Shown: positions 10,995 through 19,954 of the stretch, one piece after another | Position numbering within the stretch: position 1 is the stretch's first letter | Layout: each line of letters opens with the position of its first letter | NCBI GenBank assembly: GCA_963789955.1 | Contig: CAWBMV010000022.1 | Span: 544,001 to 608,000 of the forward strand | Direction: 5' to 3' | DNA: 64,000 bases | From: an uncultured Candidatus Rokubacteria bacterium | GTDB taxonomy: Bacteria; Methylomirabilota; Methylomirabilia; Rokubacteriales; CSP1-6 | Program-made: the position numbers and the translations under genes | Notes under the pieces: model-generated | What the model was told of the DNA's origin: nothing | The model's database searches: none | The model's input: the letters and a program-made list of their open reading frames with translations, nothing else

Positions 10995-11759
10995 GTGACC
11001 GAGTCGATCCGGCCGCATCCCGTCCTGGAAGAGTATTACCCGGTCCAGTCCGACCGCCAGTCGTTCGTCGACGAGCTGTTCAACGGCTCCGCCAAGTATT
11101 ACAACCACATCGGGCGGATGCTCGATTGGGGCTCTGGGCCCATGTACCGCCGCCAGGCGCTCCAGCGCGCCGGGCTCAAGAAGGGCATGCGGCTCCTGGA
11201 CGTCGCGACCGGCACCGGTCTGGTGGCCCTCGGGGGGGGCCAGGTGGTTGGCGATCCCCGGCGGGTGGTCGGCATCGACCCGAACAGCGAGATGCTGCGC
11301 GAGGCGCGGATGGCGCTGTCGAGCCCGCTGGTTCGGGGTCGGGCCGAGATTCTGCCGTTCCGGTCCGACACCTTCGACATGCTCAGCATGGGCTTCGCCT
11401 TGCGCCACGTCGAAGATCTCGAAATCGCCTTCCGCGAATACCGGCGTGTCCTGAAGCCCGGCGGACGCATGCTGCTCATCGAGGTGTCGCGTCCGAAGTC
11501 GCGGATCATGCGATGGGTGATCCGGACCCACTTCCAGCGTGTCTTGCCGTGGCTGGCGCGTGTCACGACCCGGAGCGAGCCGGCGCAGCTCCTGATGAAA
11601 TTCTACTGGGACACGATCGACCAGTGCGTCCCGCCGGACACGATCCTCGACGTGCTGCGGCGTAACGGCTTCGTCGACCTGAAGCGGCGAGTGTGGTGCG
11701 GTTTTCTCAGCGAGTACGTCGCCGTCAAGTCCCGCGGATCGGCGCCGTCACCCGCCTGA
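10995..11759 (+). CDS. Class I SAM-dependent methyltransferase (UbiE/MenG-like)
   Basis: LLDVATGTG motif I, GID, FDMLSMGFALRHV, RVLKPGG; GTG start with GGAG RBS. Confidence 0.85.
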   Translation: MTESIRPHPVLEEYYPVQSDRQSFVDELFNGSAKYYNHIGRMLDWGSGPMYRRQALQRAGLKKGMRLLDVATGTGLVALGGGQVVGDPRRVVGIDPNSEMLREARMALSSPLVRGRAEILPFRSDTFDMLSMGFALRHVEDLEIAFREYRRVLKPGGRMLLIEVSRPKSRIMRWVIRTHFQRVLPWLARVTTRSEPAQLLMKFYWDTIDQCVPPDTILDVLRRNGFVDLKRRVWCGFLSEYVAVKSRGSAPSPA

Positions 11760-11769
11760 GGCTCGACCC

Positions 11770-13083
11770 TCAGCGGATGGCGAGATCCGCCGGGTCGACG
11801 CCGCGCAAGCCGTAGCGGCCCAGAAAGCGCAGGAGGCCGCGACTGTAGCGCGATGTGGTCGCGGCACCGCTGGCCAGGAGCCCCACGTGCTTCGCGATGT
11901 GCGTCTGCATCGCGCGCTTGACCGCCCCGGGATTCTCCGGCATCCAGGACTTCCCGGCCTGGATCAGCGCCGCCAGCCGACCGTCGTAGAGGTACGCGAC
12001 CAGCTCGAGCCAGGCCGTCAGCATCGCGTTCTGACTGGCCGCGTATGACGTCAGCACGGAGTCGAGCTCGGCGGGCGAGGGGATCGCGCGCCGCCGCAGC
12101 CAGGGCGTGAGCGCGTCGGCCAGCTGCTCGGACGAGCGGAGCGCCAGGAACACGCCCGGCGACAGCATCGGATCGACGAAGCCGAACGAGTCGCCGACCA
12201 TCGCCCAGCCGCGCCCGAAGCCGCGCTCGGAGATCAGCTGGTAGTTGGCGTAGGTCGCGACGTCCGTGACGCGCCGACCTTCGCCGGCGATGAACGTGAG
12301 CCCCGGGTCGATCGCGATGGCGCGCTCGAGCCGCTCCTCCGGCGTGCGCCCCAGGCGCGCCGCGTCGTCCTGGCCCAGCACGATGCCGATCGAGAGCCGC
12401 TCCTGGAGCGGGATGCACCAGCTCCAGCCCGCCTCGCCCCGAGCGATCCGCACCTGGCCCGGCACGTCGTCCCAGCGGCATCCCTCGAAGTGGGCGAAGT
12501 GCGCGACGTCCTTGCGAGGCCCGAGCCGCGCCGGAATGCCGAGCGCGCGAGCCGCGAGTCGGGCGCGTCCGGTCGCGTCGACGATCAGCTCCGGCTGCTC
12601 TCCGGAAAGCGCCGGCGCCGACCTGAGCGTCTCGGGACTCAGCTGGAGCTCCGCCCGCGCCTCAGCCGACGGACTCGGCACCAGTTGCGCTCGCCCGGTC
12701 ACGTAGTCGACGCCCGACGCGATCGCCTTGGCGAGCAGCGCGTCGTCGAAATGCGGCCGCGGGACGTTGTAGGCGTACGGGAAGACGGCGGGCGCGAAGC
12801 GATTGAAGGTGACGCTCACCCGATCCGACCCAGACCAGACGAACGAGACGCCGGGCTTCACGCGGCTGAAGCTGGCCGTTTCCTTTTCCAGATCGAGCCG
12901 CTGCAGGATCGGGATCACCGCGGGGACGAGCGACTCGCCGACGAGCAGCTCCGGGCGGCGTCCGTCGTCGAAGAGCGTCACGGCGGCGCCCTCGCGCGCC
13001 AACAAGATGGCCAGGGCGGAGCCGGCAGGTCCGGCGCCGACGATGGCGACGCGCAGCCGCCGAATCCCGTTGTTGTCGCTCAC
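11770..13083 (-). CDS. FAD-dependent halogenase-like oxidoreductase
   Basis: GAGPAGS, VGESL, RVKPGVSF (conserved Lys), DATGR, WSWCIP (WxWxIP), GDSFGFVDPMLSPGV; GTG 13083 overlaps the upstream stop (GTGA). Confidence 0.8.
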   Translation of the reverse strand: MSDNNGIRRLRVAIVGAGPAGSALAILLAREGAAVTLFDDGRRPELLVGESLVPAVIPILQRLDLEKETASFSRVKPGVSFVWSGSDRVSVTFNRFAPAVFPYAYNVPRPHFDDALLAKAIASGVDYVTGRAQLVPSPSAEARAELQLSPETLRSAPALSGEQPELIVDATGRARLAARALGIPARLGPRKDVAHFAHFEGCRWDDVPGQVRIARGEAGWSWCIPLQERLSIGIVLGQDDAARLGRTPEERLERAIAIDPGLTFIAGEGRRVTDVATYANYQLISERGFGRGWAMVGDSFGFVDPMLSPGVFLALRSSEQLADALTPWLRRRAIPSPAELDSVLTSYAASQNAMLTAWLELVAYLYDGRLAALIQAGKSWMPENPGAVKRAMQTHIAKHVGLLASGAATTSRYSRGLLRFLGRYGLRGVDPADLAIR

Positions 13084-14402
13084 GGCGCGATCCTCCATCC
13101 CATGGCTTCGCGAATCACCTCGAGAATTCTGTCTGCCTCGGCCTCGGACACGACGCCCTCGATCCACGACACGACGAGGTTGTTCCGGCCGCCGCAGCGA
13201 TTGAAGAATACTCCGATCCCCGGTCGCGGGGGAACCACCGGCACATGGTACGCGTTGACGACCTTGCGTCCGAAGCATTCGGCGAGCGCGTCCGGCCAGT
13301 CGGCGAGGTCGGCGCAGTTGAACGAGAACAGCTCCCCGCTCGCCGTCCACGGAAGCACCCGCAGCATCCGCGACAGGGGCTGGTACTGCAGGAACTCCAG
13401 CGCGACCTGGTTGGCCTCGATCTGTCCGTCGCGGACCGCCTCGGCCATCTGACGACGAAGCGTCCGCGCCAGCGCGGGCACGTCCGCGGTCTCGGCGGGC
13501 TGGAATCGCGCGAAGTGGAACGCGAGGTGATTCCCAAAGGTCGCGCCCAGCTCTCCCTTCGGGCGCACGTCGACCGAGATCGGCAGCAGGCACGGGACCT
13601 CGGGTGTCCTTCGCCGGCGCGCGAGCTCCGCCATCGCCTTGCCGACCACCGCGACGCGCCAGCAGATCTCCCGTGTCGCGCGCTGGTCGGTCGAGTCGGG
13701 AGCGACGTAGCTCTGCCGGCGGAAGCAGGCTCGGCCCGGCGGCAGCGGCGGGCCCCCGGGTGAGACCGGCGGCACGGGTGCGAGCGTCCGCAGATATTTC
13801 AGGCTGCCGCCGGCGATGCGGCCGCGCGCGACGAGCGAGCGGCGGTCTTGCTCGGACACGAATGCGGGCGGCGTGTCGCCCCAGGGCGTGTCCTCGTGCC
13901 GGTCGAGCTCGTTGAGGTGCGTCAGGAGAATCTCTCCCCCGCGCGCGTCCATGAGCGGATGAAACCAGGTCAGCACGAGGACGCTCGACGGCGTGGGACG
14001 CGCGGACGAGTCCTCGACGATCAGCATGCGCAGCGGCGCCTCGCGTCGCGGCTCGATGGCGCGGTTGAGCTCGGCCGTCAGCTCGCGCGGGAGCTGCTCG
14101 CGCGCGGTGATGGTGACGCGACGGAGCGACGGGCGCTCGAGCGTCTCGCGCGCTCCGGCGACCCAGTGCAGCTTGCCCCAGGGGAAGGGACGCGTGAGCC
14201 GCGCCGAGGGCCAGGGGCACACGTCGAGAAATCGATCCCAGGCGCGCGTGATGCGGCTCGCGTCGATCCGGCCGTCGCACTCGACGACGAGCGACGTGTT
14301 GTGGCCGAGCCCCACGCCTTTCCACCGAGGGTGGTGCGCCAGCAGGACGAGATCCGCCCCGCGCAGGGGCAGTCGGCGCACGTCTCGCTTCAGCGCGGGC
14401 AA
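13080..14402 (-). CDS. Condensation-domain / CoA-dependent acyltransferase-like protein (PapA/WS-DGAT-like fold)
   Basis: APLRMLIV...LVLTWFHPLMDARG (HxxxD-type), PISVDVRP...FGN; probable TTG start 14402 after GAAGGA. Confidence 0.65.
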   Translation of the reverse strand: MPALKRDVRRLPLRGADLVLLAHHPRWKGVGLGHNTSLVVECDGRIDASRITRAWDRFLDVCPWPSARLTRPFPWGKLHWVAGARETLERPSLRRVTITAREQLPRELTAELNRAIEPRREAPLRMLIVEDSSARPTPSSVLVLTWFHPLMDARGGEILLTHLNELDRHEDTPWGDTPPAFVSEQDRRSLVARGRIAGGSLKYLRTLAPVPPVSPGGPPLPPGRACFRRQSYVAPDSTDQRATREICWRVAVVGKAMAELARRRRTPEVPCLLPISVDVRPKGELGATFGNHLAFHFARFQPAETADVPALARTLRRQMAEAVRDGQIEANQVALEFLQYQPLSRMLRVLPWTASGELFSFNCADLADWPDALAECFGRKVVNAYHVPVVPPRPGIGVFFNRCGGRNNLVVSWIEGVVSEAEADRILEVIREAMGWRIAP

Positions 14403-14512
14403 TGGAGTTCCTTCAGCGAATCGTCTCCTGATACCGGCCAGGACTCTGACCCGGCTTGCAGGGCATGTCAAGGGACCCTACACTCTGCGCGGAGTACCAG
14501 AAGGAGCGAGCG

Positions 14513-15511
14513 ATGGGCGACGTCGGTCTCATGGGCATGCATGTGCCGGGCATGTCGTGGCGCGAGACGCGCGAGGCGGCCGTACTGGCCGAGGAGCTCG
14601 GCTACAGCTGCATCACGATGGGTGAATCGTGGGGCGAGGACGCGCTGACCTCGCTGGCACAGCTCGCGGCCGTGACCTCACGCATTCGAATCGGCAGCAG
14701 CATCGTGCCGGTCTTCGCGCGCTCGCCCGCGAATCTGGCGATGACCGCGCTGAACCTCGACCGCATGAGCGGCGGACGCTTCTTCCTGGGGCTCGGCACC
14801 AGCGGCCGTCTGGTGATCGAGGACTTCCACGGCGAGAAGTTCGCGAAGCCGCTGACGCGGATGCGAGAGTACATCGACATCGTCCGCAAGGCCGCGCGCG
14901 GCGAGCGGCTCGATCACGACGGGGAGTTCTTCCACACCAAGCGCTTCCAGCTCCGGTTCACGCCGCACCGGGCGAGCCTGCCGATCTACATCGCCGCGCT
15001 GAGCCCGCCGAGCCTGCGCATGACCGGTGAGCTCGCCGACGGCTGGCTCCCCATTTTCCTCGCACCCTCGCGCATGGCCGCGGCCGTGGTCGAGCTCGAG
15101 GCCGGGGCCGCGGCGGCCGGCCGCTCGCGGCGCGATCTCGCGATCTCGCCGCAGGTGTCGATCTACGTGACCGACGACGTCGCGGCGGCGCGCGATCGCG
15201 AGCGACCGCACATCGCCTTTTATATCGGGGGCATGGGCGTGTTCTATCACCAGTACATGCAGCGGATCGGCTTCGGCGCCGAGGCCGACCGGGTCCGCGA
15301 GGCCTTCCAGGCGCGCGAGCGCGACCGGGCCGCGAAGCTGGTCACCGACGAGATGGTCGACGCGATGACGATCCTCGGCTCGCCCAAGCAGTGCCGCGAT
15401 CAGATCCAGCGGTTCTTCGACGCCGGCGTGCAGGAGGTCAGGCTCGTCTTCAACGAGCCCAACAAGGACGCCTACCTCACGGCGCTCCGGGCGGTCGCTC
15501 CCCGAGGCTAG
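14513..15511 (+). CDS. LLM-class (F420/flavin-dependent) oxidoreductase
   Basis: AEELGY..I.MGE.WG.DA, TSRIRIGSSI, RSPA.LAMTA..LD.MSGGRF.LGLG, PIYIAAL, ELADGW. Confidence 0.88.
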   Translation: MGDVGLMGMHVPGMSWRETREAAVLAEELGYSCITMGESWGEDALTSLAQLAAVTSRIRIGSSIVPVFARSPANLAMTALNLDRMSGGRFFLGLGTSGRLVIEDFHGEKFAKPLTRMREYIDIVRKAARGERLDHDGEFFHTKRFQLRFTPHRASLPIYIAALSPPSLRMTGELADGWLPIFLAPSRMAAAVVELEAGAAAAGRSRRDLAISPQVSIYVTDDVAAARDRERPHIAFYIGGMGVFYHQYMQRIGFGAEADRVREAFQARERDRAAKLVTDEMVDAMTILGSPKQCRDQIQRFFDAGVQEVRLVFNEPNKDAYLTALRAVAPRG

Positions 15512-15523
15512 AGGGGTGAACCC

Positions 15524-16531
15524 ATGAAATTCGGTCTCTACAGCTCGATCGCGAATCCGCCGCGGGGCGAGCACCTCGATCGCTGCATCGACGAAACTAT
15601 CGCTGAGGCCCAGCTCGCCGAAGCGAGCGGCTTCGATTCGTGTTTCTTCGGCGAGCACCATCAAGATCACGACGGGTTCCTGCCTTCGCCGCTCATCGTC
15701 GCCACCGCCGTCGCCGCGCGCACGCACCGTCTCCGCGTCGGCACCTCGGTGATCCTGCTGCCGCTCCACCATCCGGTGCATGTGGCCGAGGACGCAATCA
15801 CCCTGGACCTCGTGTCCAAGGGGCGCCTCATCCTCGGCGTCGGCATCGGCTACCAGCCGGCCGATTTTCGCGCGTTCTCGGTGCCGATGGAGCACCGAAT
15901 GACCTTGTTCGAAGAGAGCGTCGAGATCATGCGTCTCTGCTGGGCAGGGGAGACGTTTTCGTATCGAGGCAAGCACTACACACTCGAGAACGTCCAGATT
16001 CGCCCGCGGCCCTATCAGAAGTCGGGCCCGCCGCTCTGGTTCGGCGCCAGCGTGCCGGCGGCGGCGCGACGGGCCGGCCGGCTCGCCGACGGATTCGTCG
16101 GCACGCCCAGCACCAGCCTGACGAACGCGACGGAGCTGGCCGACATATATAAGGACGCGGCGCGGACGGCCGGGCGCACGGCCGAGGTCGTGCAGATGCG
16201 CGATGCATGGGCCGCGCGCACCCGCGCGGAGGCCGACGAGGTGTACGGCCCGCACGTGATGGCCGCCTATCGATATTACTGGGAGGCGCGGCTGGCCGAG
16301 TTCCAGAACATGCCGCCCGACACGAAGTTCACCCTGGAGAACCTGGCTCCCGACCGGTTGATCCTCGGCGACCCCGAGGCGTGCGTGAAGGAGTTCCAGC
16401 GCTGGCAGAAGGCGACCGGCGCCAGCACCTTTCTGCTCAGGCTGCGCCACGCCCATTCGGGCGGGCCGCCGCACCCGAAGATCATGGAAGCGATCAGACT
16501 GTTCGGCGAGCGCGTTCTGCCCTATTGTTAG
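15524..16531 (+). CDS. LLM-class flavin-dependent oxidoreductase
   Basis: AEASGFD..FFGEHH, PSPLIVA.AVAART.RLRVGT.V.LLPLHHP..VAED, PRPYQ..GPPLW. Confidence 0.9.
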   Translation: MKFGLYSSIANPPRGEHLDRCIDETIAEAQLAEASGFDSCFFGEHHQDHDGFLPSPLIVATAVAARTHRLRVGTSVILLPLHHPVHVAEDAITLDLVSKGRLILGVGIGYQPADFRAFSVPMEHRMTLFEESVEIMRLCWAGETFSYRGKHYTLENVQIRPRPYQKSGPPLWFGASVPAAARRAGRLADGFVGTPSTSLTNATELADIYKDAARTAGRTAEVVQMRDAWAARTRAEADEVYGPHVMAAYRYYWEARLAEFQNMPPDTKFTLENLAPDRLILGDPEACVKEFQRWQKATGASTFLLRLRHAHSGGPPHPKIMEAIRLFGERVLPYC

Positions 16532-16570
16532 GCACGTTGTTACGCACGCCGGGGCCGATTTCGTTCGAGG

Positions 16571-16600
16571 TTGACGGTTATCGGAGCGCTTTGCTAGTGT
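16571..16600 (+). promoter_or_regulatory. Sigma70 promoter of the riboswitch operon
   Basis: TTGACG-18 nt-TAGTGT with extended -10 TG, immediately upstream of riboswitch P1. Confidence 0.55.
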
Positions 16601-16612
16601 TTTTCTGTTGCG

Positions 16613-16799
16613 CGCGCCCGGGTGCCCGTTTGGGCCCAGGGAAGGCGGTGCGAATCCGCCGCGACCCCGTCACTGTAACCGGGGACGAAACCCGAAAGAG
16701 CCACTGGCGATTTGCTGGGAAGGCCCGGGGAGTAGGACGATCCGGAAGCCAGGAGACCTACCCGGGCGCGAACCCGAAACCGGTCTTCGAGGGAGGACC
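16613..16799 (+). ncRNA. Cobalamin (B12) riboswitch with translational expression platform
   Basis: P1 CGCGCCCGGG(16613-22)/CCCGGGCGCG(16761-70); GGTG..AGGGAAGGCGGTGCGAATCCGCC; CACTGTAA; GCCACTG...GGGAAGG; B12 box GAAGCCAGGAGACC; hairpin GGTCTTC-GAGG-GAGGACC (16782-99) buries the GGAGG RBS of ATG 16809. Confidence 0.92.
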
Positions 16800-16808
16800 A
16801 GGGATCAG

Positions 16809-17150
16809 ATGATCTTTCCCCAGAACGTCAGTGCGCGGCGCGCCGCGGAGGTGCTGCACCGTGTCTTCGACGGAATTCCCGGCGGCTTTGCCTTTCGCCT
16901 CTGGGACGGATCGGTCGTGAACCTCGGTGGTGGCACGCCCGTGTGCACGGCCGTCGTTCACCAGCCGCAGACCTTCATCCGACTCATTCGTGACCCGACG
17001 CCGCTCACCTTCGCCGAGGCCTACGTCGACGGCTCCATCGACCTCGAGGGCGATCTGTTCGACGCCATGAGCGTCGCGAACTCGATCGAAGAGATTCGCG
17101 TGCCGTTCGTGGAGCGGTTGCGCGTCCTCTTCACTCTCTGGCGTGGCTGA
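16809..17150 (+). CDS. Stand-alone N-terminal (lipid-binding) domain of cyclopropane-fatty-acyl synthase
   Basis: FAFRLWDGS...P.PLTFAEAYVDGSIDLEGDLFDAM resembles the N-terminal domain of full-length Cfa proteins; 113 aa. Confidence 0.75.
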   Translation: MIFPQNVSARRAAEVLHRVFDGIPGGFAFRLWDGSVVNLGGGTPVCTAVVHQPQTFIRLIRDPTPLTFAEAYVDGSIDLEGDLFDAMSVANSIEEIRVPFVERLRVLFTLWRG

Positions 17151-18279
17151 CGTGGCCCAGCACGACGTCATCGTGGTCGGTGGCGGGCCGGGCGGCAGCA
17201 CCGCGGCATGGCGGCTCGCGCGGGCCGGCTTTCGCCCGCTGCTTCTGGACGCCGCGGTCTTTCCACGGGTGAAGATCTGCGCCGGGTGGGTCACCCCCGA
17301 AGCGCTTGCCGACGCCCAGGTCGATCCTCAGAAGTATCCGCTGACCATCCAGGCGTTCTCGGCATGCCGGTTCGAGTTCGACGGCGCGCGCACCGAGACG
17401 CGGTGGCAGCGGCCAGCCAGCTACGGGATCCTCCGCCGGGAGTTCGACCACTATCTGCTCGACCGCGCCCGCGCCGCCGGCGTCGACGTGCGCGAAGGAG
17501 CCCGGGTGACCGAGGTGGCGCAGGACGCCGACGGGATCCGGGTCGTGAGCCCGCACGGCACGTTCAGCGCGCCGCTCGTCATCGGCGCCGGGGGTCATCG
17601 CTGCCCGGTCGCTCAGGCGCTCGGGCAGGTGTCCGAGCAGGAAGAGGTCGTGATCGCGCAGGAGAGCGAGACGCGGCTCACGCCCGAGCGCGTCGAGTCG
17701 CTCGGCAAGTGGTGGGAAGCCCCCGAGCTCTACGTCGAGCCGGATCTCAAAGGCTACGGCTGGTACTTCCCCAAGGGTGACGTCCTCAATGTCGGCGTCG
17801 GCTGCGTGTCGGGCCCCGGTGCGGATCTGCCGCGGCGGCGCGACGCGCTCGTGAGCGCGCTGCGGGCCGCGGGTCGGCTGCCGGCCGATCTCACTATCGA
17901 GCCGTTTCGCGGCCACGCCTACGTCGTGCGCCGCCGCGCGCCGCGCAAGCTCGCCGGCGACCGGTTCTGCCTCGTCGGCGACGCCGCGGGACTGGCGCGC
18001 GATCTGAGCGGCGAGGGGATCGGGCCGGCGATCAAGAGCGGGATCCTCGCCGCCGAGGCGGTCGAGGCGCGCCTGCGCACGGGCGCCGGCTTCGACGCGT
18101 ATGCGGCCGCCATCGTGCGGCGGTACGGAACGGGAGAAACGGGGTGGCTCGGCCGCCAGCTCGCGCGGATCCCCGATTCGTGGGCGCGGGTGTTCGTGCG
18201 CGCCATTCTCAACACGGAAGCCACGAGACGGCACGTCGTATTCGGACGCATCTTCGGGATGCGGGAGGTCGCATCGTGA
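17143..18279 (+). CDS. Geranylgeranyl-reductase-family FAD-dependent oxidoreductase
   Basis: DVIVVGGGPGGS, FPRVKICAG, RREFDHYL, GYGWYFPKG..LNVGVG, VGDAAGL..DLSGEGIGPA. Confidence 0.88.
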   Translation: MADVAQHDVIVVGGGPGGSTAAWRLARAGFRPLLLDAAVFPRVKICAGWVTPEALADAQVDPQKYPLTIQAFSACRFEFDGARTETRWQRPASYGILRREFDHYLLDRARAAGVDVREGARVTEVAQDADGIRVVSPHGTFSAPLVIGAGGHRCPVAQALGQVSEQEEVVIAQESETRLTPERVESLGKWWEAPELYVEPDLKGYGWYFPKGDVLNVGVGCVSGPGADLPRRRDALVSALRAAGRLPADLTIEPFRGHAYVVRRRAPRKLAGDRFCLVGDAAGLARDLSGEGIGPAIKSGILAAEAVEARLRTGAGFDAYAAAIVRRYGTGETGWLGRQLARIPDSWARVFVRAILNTEATRRHVVFGRIFGMREVAS

Positions 18280-19181
18280 GGGCACGCAGCAAGGAAGCGG
18301 ACGCCAAGGCGATCTCGCACCACTACGACGTCTCCAACGAGTTCTACGCGCTGTTCCTCGACCCGCTGATGGTCTACACCTGCGCCTACTATCGCGATCC
18401 CGACGGCAAGCTCGAGCAGGCCCAGCGCGACAAGCTCGAGCTGGTGTGCCGCAAGCTCGAGCTCGAGGCGGGCGAGACGTTGCTCGACATCGGGTGCGGC
18501 TGGGGCAGCCTGTCGATCTGGGCGGCCCAGCACTACGGGGTGCGCGCCCACGGCGTGACCCTGTCGAAGGCACAGGCCGACTACGCGACCGAGCGCATCC
18601 GCCAGGAAGGGCTCGAGGACCGCTGCAAGGTCGAATATCGGGACTACCGCGATCTGCCGCCGGACGTGCGCTTCGACAAGATCGCCGCGGTCGGGGTGAT
18701 CGAGCACGTCGGCATTCCGAACTATCCCGCGTTCTTCGGCGGCGTTCACCGGATGTTGCGGGACGGCGGCCTCTATCTGAATCACGGCATCGTTCACGAG
18801 TTCCACTGGAAGGCGAGCAGCCAGACCGAGTTCCTCTATCGCCACGTCTTCCCGAACGGCGATCTGGCGGGGCTCAGCGAGACGATCACCGAGATCGAGC
18901 GCGCCGGCTTCGAGATCGTGGACGTCGAGGGGCTGCGGCTGCACTACGCGCGGACCTGCCGCCACTGGGTCGAGCGCCTGCGCGAGCGGGCCGACGAGGC
19001 GCGCGCGCTGGCCGGCGAGCGGACGTACCGGACCTGGCTTCTCTACCTGACGTGCTCGGCGGTCGCGTTTGCCGAGAGCTCCATCGGGCTCTACCAGGTC
19101 CTGACCAGAAAACAGCATGATCCCGTCGTGACTCGCGCGCCACACACGCGCGAGCACCTATACGGCAAGGCATTCCTGTGA
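18276..19181 (+). CDS. cfa: CFA/CMAS-family SAM methyltransferase, catalytic domain only
   Basis: ISHHYDVSNEFYALFLDP.MVYTCAY, LEQAQ..KL, LLDIGCGWG, GVTLS..Q, EHVG, NHGI, VFP.G, HYARTC..W; GTGA overlap with the upstream gene. Confidence 0.9.
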   Translation: MRARSKEADAKAISHHYDVSNEFYALFLDPLMVYTCAYYRDPDGKLEQAQRDKLELVCRKLELEAGETLLDIGCGWGSLSIWAAQHYGVRAHGVTLSKAQADYATERIRQEGLEDRCKVEYRDYRDLPPDVRFDKIAAVGVIEHVGIPNYPAFFGGVHRMLRDGGLYLNHGIVHEFHWKASSQTEFLYRHVFPNGDLAGLSETITEIERAGFEIVDVEGLRLHYARTCRHWVERLRERADEARALAGERTYRTWLLYLTCSAVAFAESSIGLYQVLTRKQHDPVVTRAPHTREHLYGKAFL

Positions 19182-19206
19182 CCCAACGACCGGAAAGGAA
19201 GATGCG

Positions 19207-19947
19207 TTGACTCGTCAGATCTTGATCATCACGATCGCGTCGTTCGTCCTGGCGGAGATTTCCACCTTCGCGACCTCCATCTATCTGCACCGCGCGCTGG
19301 CGCACCGATCGCTGTCCCTGCAGCCGGTGACGGCCCTGCTGTTCCGCGCGGCGCTCTGGCTCCTGACCGGTCAGAGCCAGCAGCAGTGGGTGGCGGTCCA
19401 CCGTAAGCACCACACGTTCACCGACCGCGACGGCGACCCGCACAGTCCGCTGCTCCTGGGCTTCTGGAAGGTGCAGCTGTGGAACGCGTACTACTACATC
19501 CGCGAGGCCCGGCAGCCCAAGACCGTGGAGACCTTCGCGCCCGATCTGGCCCCCGACTGGTGGGAACGGCGCGTGTTCTCGTGGGGCTGGACCGGCCTCT
19601 TCCTCGGCACCGCGCTCGTCATGCTCGCCATCGGCTGGTGGCAGGGCATCCTGGCCATGATCGGCCACGGCATCATCTATATGTTCATCCTGGCGCCGCT
19701 GATCAACGGCCTCGGCCACTGGGCGGGCGGCCAGAACTTCCAGAACACGGCCTACAACTCGCGCGTGCTCGCGTGGCTGACCGGCGGCGAGAGCCTGCAC
19801 AACAACCACCACGCGTTTCCGCGCTCGCCGAAGTTCAGCTTGCGGCGCTCGGAGCTCGATCCCTCGTGGGTCGCGATCCGGCTGCTGGCTGCCTTGCGTC
19901 TGGTGGCGATCGTCGGGGCGCCGCTGCGGGCGCGGACGACGCGCTAG
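19207..19947 (+). CDS. Membrane fatty-acid/acyl-CoA desaturase (Delta9-like)
   Basis: Three His boxes HRALAH, HRKHH, HNNHH; DPHSP; INGLGH; GE.LHNNHH.FP.S; TTG start with AAGGA RBS. Confidence 0.92.
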   Translation: MTRQILIITIASFVLAEISTFATSIYLHRALAHRSLSLQPVTALLFRAALWLLTGQSQQQWVAVHRKHHTFTDRDGDPHSPLLLGFWKVQLWNAYYYIREARQPKTVETFAPDLAPDWWERRVFSWGWTGLFLGTALVMLAIGWWQGILAMIGHGIIYMFILAPLINGLGHWAGGQNFQNTAYNSRVLAWLTGGESLHNNHHAFPRSPKFSLRRSELDPSWVAIRLLAALRLVAIVGAPLRARTTR

Positions 19948-19954
19948 GACGGCG

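Noticed and set aside
10995..11759. ubiE/menG gene assignment
   Set aside because: Only fold-level similarity and no quinone-biosynthesis context
13084..14325. 851-aa ORF suggesting a large N-terminal fusion on the halogenase-like protein
   Set aside because: The extra region is Arg/Ala/Pro-rich off-frame translation overlapping the acyltransferase; the true start is GTG 13083
16608..16808. N-terminal extension of the ORF-track entry 16608..17150
   Set aside because: This is the riboswitch leader; the RBS-supported start is ATG 16809
19202..19210. ATG-CGT-TGA minigene overlapping the desaturase start
   Set aside because: RBS spacing fits TTG 19207 better; no evidence of a regulatory role
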